Below, in pieces: positions 44,811 through 50,164 of a DNA stretch of 50,164 bases (position 1 is its first letter; each line of letters starts with the position of its first letter). The position numbers and the translations under genes are program-made. The notes beneath the pieces are model-generated. The model had not been told where the DNA came from and made no database searches. It saw only the letters and a list, made by a program, of their open reading frames with translations. The DNA is from a virus. Its lineage: Duplodnaviria; Caudoviricetes. Where the stretch lies: IMG/VR virus record IMGVR_UViG_3300021197_000796, positions 1 to 50,164 of that record; one strand, given 5' to 3'.

Positions 44811-45167
44811 TCACTCCCTCACTTGACATATGTAGCAGACAACACTAGCACTGCTGTAGATAGTCTGAGTAGAAACAACCCTCACAGTGTCTCCTGCGCC
44901 CACTAGGAGGTCTCCTTCGTCTGGGGTAGGGATAGGTACACCAGAGGTATCAAAGGCTGACAGGAGAGCTTTTCTGTCGCCCCTGACTATGTTGTCTAGT
45001 GTTAGCTCTGTGAGCGTGTATTGTGCCATGTAAGATTTAACAGGGTGGTCTACTGAAGTGCTACCTGCGGAACCTGTAGCGGGATCATAAGAACCCGTCT
45101 CGACCTTACGGAGCGTTACGTCCTGACCGAACTGGTTAATCAGGGAGTACATATCTTTACTTAGCAT
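44811..45167 (-). CDS. Head closure protein
   Basis: FGQDVTLR, YDPATG, GDRK; position. Confidence 0.7.
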   Translation of the reverse strand: MLSKDMYSLINQFGQDVTLRKVETGSYDPATGSAGSTSVDHPVKSYMAQYTLTELTLDNIVRGDRKALLSAFDTSGVPIPTPDEGDLLVGAGDTVRVVSTQTIYSSASVVCYICQVRE

Positions 45168-45176
45168 GTGGACCTC

Positions 45177-45626
45177 TTAGCTGTAGCTATCAGAGTCGGG
45201 AGGGTTAGTAAATCTGTCTCTGCGGAACGCAGGCTTAACTCTAGTCGTGTCTTCTCTGACAACACCAACTCTTACCTTACTGATACCACCAGCCAAGACA
45301 CCTAACTGAGAACCAGCCTTCTTAGCTTGATAGTCTAGCTTGTCCGCCAGAGCTTTGTAGTTCTTGTAGAGGTCGCTGTAGTGAGCTGTTAGCTGACCGT
45401 CGAGTTCAATAGTAACCTTGCTGGCGTACTTAGAAGCTAAGGTCCGTGCTATGTAAGATGCAGCGGAATTAGTGTCGTCATTAGTTTGGGACAAAGAGAA
45501 AACGATCTCCTCATCTTGAACCTTCTGGTCAATAGTGTCTGTGTCACCAACCAGAAACCTCACAGTGTTAAGGCGACCTGAAGCAGTCGTCGTGTTTAGA
45601 TCAGTAGGGTCGTAGGACCAACTCAT
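45177..45626 (-). CDS. Head-tail adaptor
   Basis: VRFLVGDTD...DEEI; position. Confidence 0.7.
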   Translation of the reverse strand: MSWSYDPTDLNTTTASGRLNTVRFLVGDTDTIDQKVQDEEIVFSLSQTNDDTNSAASYIARTLASKYASKVTIELDGQLTAHYSDLYKNYKALADKLDYQAKKAGSQLGVLAGGISKVRVGVVREDTTRVKPAFRRDRFTNPPDSDSYS

Positions 45627-45644
45627 ATCAGGTCTCCTTGTTAT

Positions 45645-46070
45645 TTACTCCCCGAGAATGTTGTCTCGGAACTTATAGAAGTCCTCGGTAATCCAAGGGT
45701 TCTTTCGTAGGAAGGATCTAAGTATCCCTCGCTGTTTATTATCAATCTTAGACTGACGACACCTTTTGTCCTTAAGCTCTTCCGCAGAGGTAGTACGTTT
45801 CTTTACCTCACCGTTCAGAAGACCTACAAGAGCATAAAGCTGATCTGTGTTCATCTCACTAAGACGATCACCAACCTTATTGTCTTTCTCTAAATCTTGA
45901 TTGTGGTACAGATAACCAGAGGCGTACAAGGTATAGATCTTATAAGGGTCCATCCGACGCTCTTGCCAGTTAAAATGTTGACCTCTTGTCCAAGACGTAT
46001 TAGCTGCTTGAAAAGAGTTCTTAACGAATACAGGCCAATCAACCTGAAAGCCTAACCATGTAGGGTGCAT
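45645..46070 (-). CDS. Hypothetical protein after MCP
   Basis: 141 aa, AGGA RBS. Confidence 0.65.
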   Translation of the reverse strand: MHPTWLGFQVDWPVFVKNSFQAANTSWTRGQHFNWQERRMDPYKIYTLYASGYLYHNQDLEKDNKVGDRLSEMNTDQLYALVGLLNGEVKKRTTSAEELKDKRCRQSKIDNKQRGILRSFLRKNPWITEDFYKFRDNILGE

Positions 46071-46109
46071 ATCATATTCCTATTATATTGTTACGGTATT
46101 TTATCATTG

Positions 46110-46143
46110 GGTTAGACCCCAAGCCGAAGCTCAGGGTCTACCT
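46110..46143 (-). terminator. Hairpin with cUUCGg loop downstream of MCP
   Basis: Minus strand: tagaccctgagc-ttcg-gcttggggtcta. Confidence 0.7.
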
Positions 46144-46155
46144 TTAGTAAATAGC

Positions 46156-47133
46156 TTACGCTACAACGCTTTCGAAGAAGTAGCCCAAGTCCGCACCGAT
46201 GACCTTCATATCATCTGAGCACTTAACTTGGATCATCTCAGCAACCTGCTGGCGCTTCAGAGCGTCGTCCGAGAAGGATTCAACTGTGATACCGAGGCCA
46301 CCAACACCAGGAATTGCATCCCATGTGAAGATAGCGCCAGAAGCAGGTGTCTTGAGGCCCATTGAAGAAGGCTTATACGCCAACATAGCGTGCTTGCCAC
46401 CGATGAAGTCGATGTTATCTGCAAGACCTTCTTTAGCGGTGTTGTGGACAGCTTCCATGACCAAGAACTGCTCGACCTCAAAGATCTCAGCCAACTTAGC
46501 GTCGGTGATCAAAGCGGTGTTATCAACAGTAGCGCCACCGTTCAAACGAGCAAGGATGTCTGGGTGGTTCACGAGGGTATCGCGTACCGCTTTCCCAACA
46601 ACCATACAGTTCGGCTTGTAACCACCAGACTTAAGCTGCATCTCACGACGAGCGTTAGTCACGTCAACGATTGGTGTAGAGTTCGTGTAGTCAGACCACA
46701 GGTTAGCAGGAGTAGTGTTTGAACCCCAGACGCCAGCCTTGAAGAATGTGTCAGCCCAACGGACTTCACGGTCAATGAGGATCTTTTCGATCAGGACGTT
46801 AGCACCCTGCGAACGGAACTCAAGCATTGTGTCTTCGTTAGCAAGCTCTTGCTCGTCAAAGTCCATGCCGATGCCGCGTACTTCAGCGAAGTAGTTGTCA
46901 TTCGAGAGGGACATACCAACGCGGTTCACTTCAGTACGTGGCGCGAGCAACTTAACGTCGCCATGACGAAGACCTTCACGGTCGTACTTGTAGAACTTGT
47001 TAGACTGCTTGTCAACAGAGATAGTGCCGAACACTTTGTCTGCTACGAAGTTAGATGTTTCCTGAGCGTAAGCAACGGTCAGGTTAGTCAGAGGTACATC
47101 AAGGTGTACCTGAGATGGTGTCAACATAGGCAT
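46156..47133 (-). CDS. Major capsid protein
   Basis: 325 aa after scaffold/decoration genes; DVPLTNLTVAY, WSDYTNSTPIVDV, LVNHPDI. Confidence 0.88.
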   Translation of the reverse strand: MPMLTPSQVHLDVPLTNLTVAYAQETSNFVADKVFGTISVDKQSNKFYKYDREGLRHGDVKLLAPRTEVNRVGMSLSNDNYFAEVRGIGMDFDEQELANEDTMLEFRSQGANVLIEKILIDREVRWADTFFKAGVWGSNTTPANLWSDYTNSTPIVDVTNARREMQLKSGGYKPNCMVVGKAVRDTLVNHPDILARLNGGATVDNTALITDAKLAEIFEVEQFLVMEAVHNTAKEGLADNIDFIGGKHAMLAYKPSSMGLKTPASGAIFTWDAIPGVGGLGITVESFSDDALKRQQVAEMIQVKCSDDMKVIGADLGYFFESVVA

Positions 47134-47156
47134 AGTTTAGTTTCCTTTCAAACAGC

Positions 47157-47528
47157 TTACGCTTCTGCGTTGCCGCCTTGGATGAGTTCGATTTCGATAA
47201 CTTGGTTTACAACACCAGCTTCACGAGCGTAGCCCATGATGATGTCACCTGTAGTTGCGTCTACAGCACGACCAGTTGCGTCAGTAGCGACAGCGCCACC
47301 AGCAGTAACTGTACCGCCAGCTTCTACCATAACAGAGCCAGTCATTACGACTGTTACTGCACGAGCAGCAGCGCCTTCAACCAGAAGAACGCCTACGCAG
47401 TTCTCACCAGCAGAGTCCGCTAGATCAACTTGACCATCAGCTTCCAGAGTTACGAATTTGAATTGTGCAGCGGAAAGATCTTCACCTGCAACGAAAGTGC
47501 GTGTGTCACGCGATTGCATAGTAGCCAT
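47157..47528 (-). CDS. Capsid decoration/cement protein (DUF2190-like)
   Basis: AGEDLSAAQFKFV, VEAGG, TDATGRAV; position. Confidence 0.75.
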   Translation of the reverse strand: MATMQSRDTRTFVAGEDLSAAQFKFVTLEADGQVDLADSAGENCVGVLLVEGAAARAVTVVMTGSVMVEAGGTVTAGGAVATDATGRAVDATTGDIIMGYAREAGVVNQVIEIELIQGGNAEA

Positions 47529-47531
47529 GAG

Positions 47532-48347
47532 TTATTCTCCTTTGTAGGCTTTAGCGATAAGGGACTTGCCTTCTTCAGTCTTAGCGACAGCCGCGTAAGC
47601 CTTGGCGTAATCCTTTTTGGTAAGTCCATGCTCTTCCATGTGAGACTTAACCATATGTTCAACTTTATCAGATGCAGAGGAGAACTCTCCGTCTACGTCT
47701 GCTTTACCGAACTCTTCCATTTTGTCTGCAAACGCTTTGTCCGCAGCAGCAAGAGCTTCCATCAGCATATCTACTTCGTCCATCTTAGACACAGCAGACA
47801 GCAGACCTTTTGCAGCCTCAACAGAGAAATGCGGAAGGGTGTCTTCAGCTTTCTTAGTTAGGGCCATATCAGCTTTCTCAATCTCAGCCGCTTCCAATGC
47901 CTTCAAGATAGGCGCTGGGATATCAGCCTTGTTGATCTGCTCACCTTCGTACTCAACGAACTCCTCTGGAGCTTTCTTTTCGATGGATTCAGCAGCGATA
48001 ATGTAACCTTCTTCGATCAGACCCTTACGGAGACGCTCGTTCTCAAGAGTGAGCTTCTCAGCGTCAGCCTTAAGAGTTTCGATCTCAGCAGTGAGGTCTT
48101 CCGCAGGGGCAGCTTCTTCAGCCTTCTCTACGTCATAACCAAGTGCCTTCATGGCCTCACCTTTACCACATGAGTGCTTTTCCATGTAAGCCTTCACCTT
48201 GGCATCTTTTTCATCAGACATCTTATTGACTTCCTTTGTCTCTGGGGTATCGTCCCGTTTGAAAAGAGTAACCATCGCTTCTGCATTGGCTGGACGATCA
48301 ACCAAAGATAGCTCCTCTAGTTGTAGTTCGAGCAACTCAGTCGCCAT
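47532..48347 (-). CDS. Scaffold protein
   Basis: Start MATELLEL; ELSLVDRPAN then an acidic coiled-coil. Confidence 0.75.
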   Translation of the reverse strand: MATELLELQLEELSLVDRPANAEAMVTLFKRDDTPETKEVNKMSDEKDAKVKAYMEKHSCGKGEAMKALGYDVEKAEEAAPAEDLTAEIETLKADAEKLTLENERLRKGLIEEGYIIAAESIEKKAPEEFVEYEGEQINKADIPAPILKALEAAEIEKADMALTKKAEDTLPHFSVEAAKGLLSAVSKMDEVDMLMEALAAADKAFADKMEEFGKADVDGEFSSASDKVEHMVKSHMEEHGLTKKDYAKAYAAVAKTEEGKSLIAKAYKGE

Positions 48348-48744
48348 TGTACTCTCCTTTGACTGCACGACCCCCAATACTGAAGGCTGCGAGTTCTCCA
48401 CTTTTAACCTTAGCCCAGACCTCATCGTCATAGACCTTAAAAGCAACTAGCCAACCTTCACGGTCAGCCTCTAGCCCAACGGATTTATTGATCTCATTAG
48501 TGCAGGGCCACGAGTGAACCACTACACCTACTTGATCTCCGTCATGCATTTGTTTACCCACACGCACATGCTCCATGAAGTTATTCACGGCCTTCACGAG
48601 CGTATCAGGTTTAATTACGTCACCCTGACGATCCACTACCGGTTCGCCTTTCTCGGTGATAACAGAGGCCCATCCGTAGACTAGCCTCTGCTCTTCATCA
48701 GACTTAAGGATTTGACCCTCAATACCTTTTGTTATGTTTTCCAT
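48337..48744 (-). CDS. Prohead protease (XkdF-like)
   Basis: EQRLVYGWA, DRQGD, QMH, VKSGELAAFSIGG. Confidence 0.85.
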   Translation of the reverse strand: MENITKGIEGQILKSDEEQRLVYGWASVITEKGEPVVDRQGDVIKPDTLVKAVNNFMEHVRVGKQMHDGDQVGVVVHSWPCTNEINKSVGLEADREGWLVAFKVYDDEVWAKVKSGELAAFSIGGRAVKGEYNGD

Positions 48745-50164
48745 TATGACAGTCCTGAGATGCTTACGTTCTGGATGTCGTTCGACTGCATGTTGTTGAA
48801 AGTCAACTTAGTCCAGTTCTGTTCTGTAGGTTCTACTTGGTTCCTGATGCCATTACCGTAACCATCATTAGTACCATCACCCATCAACCACACCTGTGTA
48901 GCTGTGTAAGCTGAGTTATCATTCAGTTGGAAGTTAGAGTACAGGTTCGACGAATGAGGTCGTCTGTAAGAGTTACCAATTTTGTAATCATTCAACCAAC
49001 CCATAGGGTCTAACATCATCATCTTGATTTCAGCATCTTGAGGCATTTGGTCATTTATCTTCAATGTAGTTGTAACCAAACTAGCTATTGTTCCCTTGAA
49101 CCTATCACCACTGTGGCTAGATCCAACAGTAAACTGACCATCAAGCTCTGCATACATAATAGGATTACCTGTACCTGCCCATGTCGCTGGAGGTGTTATC
49201 AACTGACTTGCATCTAAATCATTCGCAATAAAGTTGGCATTTGCCACTCTGAAGTCAAAGTTTTTGTTCAGATTAGTCTGGTTTGCATCTGTATTTGGGA
49301 AAGGTCTAAGACCTGCACAGCCTACATAAACACTTACCCATTCACCTATTGACACCTGTCCAATTAGTTTTTCAGCTGCGTTAGGAGAACCTGCACCCCA
49401 AGCAAAGTAAATGTCACCTCCACTATTTACGAACAAGTGAATATCTTGACTTTGACTACCACCCATACTCCAAATGTATTGGTCAGATGAACCACCACCC
49501 CACTTAAAAGTAACTGTTGATGCCCAAGTTCGTGCCTGACCATTTGAAGACGTATAACCTTCTGTTAAAATTGTATCTGCATTAATTTGTCTATCAATTG
49601 GAAGCATCATCGGTATGCGAGAGAAAGATTCTGTAGGTCCTTGTTTAAGGTAATCATTGCTACCATCAAAGTCTACTGCTTTAGTCCAACTTGTTGCATT
49701 TGCTGTCGAAGCAACTGGAATAGCTATTTCAGAAAGAGCTGTCCAATCAATGTCATCTGCATCTGTAGTATCATCGACAAACCTACCTGCGATTGGCCAA
49801 CCTAGAACCATAACATCAAGTTCAGTAATCCCGAATCCTTGATCACCTGTTTCTAACTTGCGGATTGAATTCCAGTCATCGTAAGTTTCTGTAGTTGCAT
49901 CATGAGTACTTGTCAAATCATACCCCATTCTAATGTTATTACCATCGCTTGTTACTTCTATAAATGCATTGTAGGGAGCGAACTGCAAAGGGCTAGTAAA
50001 ACTACCCAGTATCTGTGTATTCGTTCCTGCAACTTGATTGGCAATGTACATTGCATAAGCAGTAGTGTTGGACCTATATATGACAATTCTAATATCACCT
50101 TCAAATCCAGTAGGATTTTCATTAGCACTAGCGATAGTGTTTACCCACGCTCCATCTTTTAGAC
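48744..50164 (-). CDS. C-terminal part of the giant fibre protein (second version); runs off the right edge
   Basis: Frame is open from the edge (LKDGAWVNTIASANENPTGFEG...) to TAA at 48744, coupled (TAATG) to the protease gene. Confidence 0.85.
   Translation of the reverse strand, partial: LKDGAWVNTIASANENPTGFEGDIRIVIYRSNTTAYAMYIANQVAGTNTQILGSFTSPLQFAPYNAFIEVTSDGNNIRMGYDLTSTHDATTETYDDWNSIRKLETGDQGFGITELDVMVLGWPIAGRFVDDTTDADDIDWTALSEIAIPVASTANATSWTKAVDFDGSNDYLKQGPTESFSRIPMMLPIDRQINADTILTEGYTSSNGQARTWASTVTFKWGGGSSDQYIWSMGGSQSQDIHLFVNSGGDIYFAWGAGSPNAAEKLIGQVSIGEWVSVYVGCAGLRPFPNTDANQTNLNKNFDFRVANANFIANDLDASQLITPPATWAGTGNPIMYAELDGQFTVGSSHSGDRFKGTIASLVTTTLKINDQMPQDAEIKMMMLDPMGWLNDYKIGNSYRRPHSSNLYSNFQLNDNSAYTATQVWLMGDGTNDGYGNGIRNQVEPTEQNWTKLTFNNMQSNDIQNVSISGLS
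49183..50164. repeat. Imperfect terminal direct repeat, right copy (matches 1..973)
   Basis: See left copy. Confidence 0.9.

Overview
This window looks like an essentially complete, circularly permuted genome (about 49.2 kb unit length) of a tailed dsDNA siphophage. The host is most likely alphaproteobacterial (Rhodobacterales-like); this is inferred from a DUF1127 gene, GANTC-loaded promoters and a class II RNR. The minus strand (8.8 kb to 1, continuing 50.2 kb to 32.7 kb) carries the late module: TerS, TerL, HNH, portal, a giant beta-helix/lectin-like fibre gene, protease, scaffold, capsid, neck, tail, fibres and lysis. A divergent control/early region lies at 8.8-14.7 kb. The plus strand (14.7-32.6 kb) carries a sigma-like factor, a ParB-like protein, a T7-like replisome without a phage RNA polymerase (primase-helicase, split PolA, SSB, exonuclease, endonuclease I), nucleotide metabolism genes (NrdJ, ThyX, MazG, glutaredoxin) and tRNA-Arg(UCU). 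I recognised no integrase or repressor. Most notable: (1) a series of sigma70-type early promoters, each with a CcrM/GcrA-type GANTC motif (mostly CGAATCA) in the spacer, within a GANTC-rich control region; (2) a 65-bp element present twice in opposite orientation, ahead of the replication and late operons; (3) a palindrome shared between the ParB-like gene and the late leader; (4) four dispersed HREDGPA-repeat cassettes with shuffled 66-bp units; (5) the two contig ends carry two different versions of the same fibre segment. All calls come from reading the sequence by eye, without database searches.
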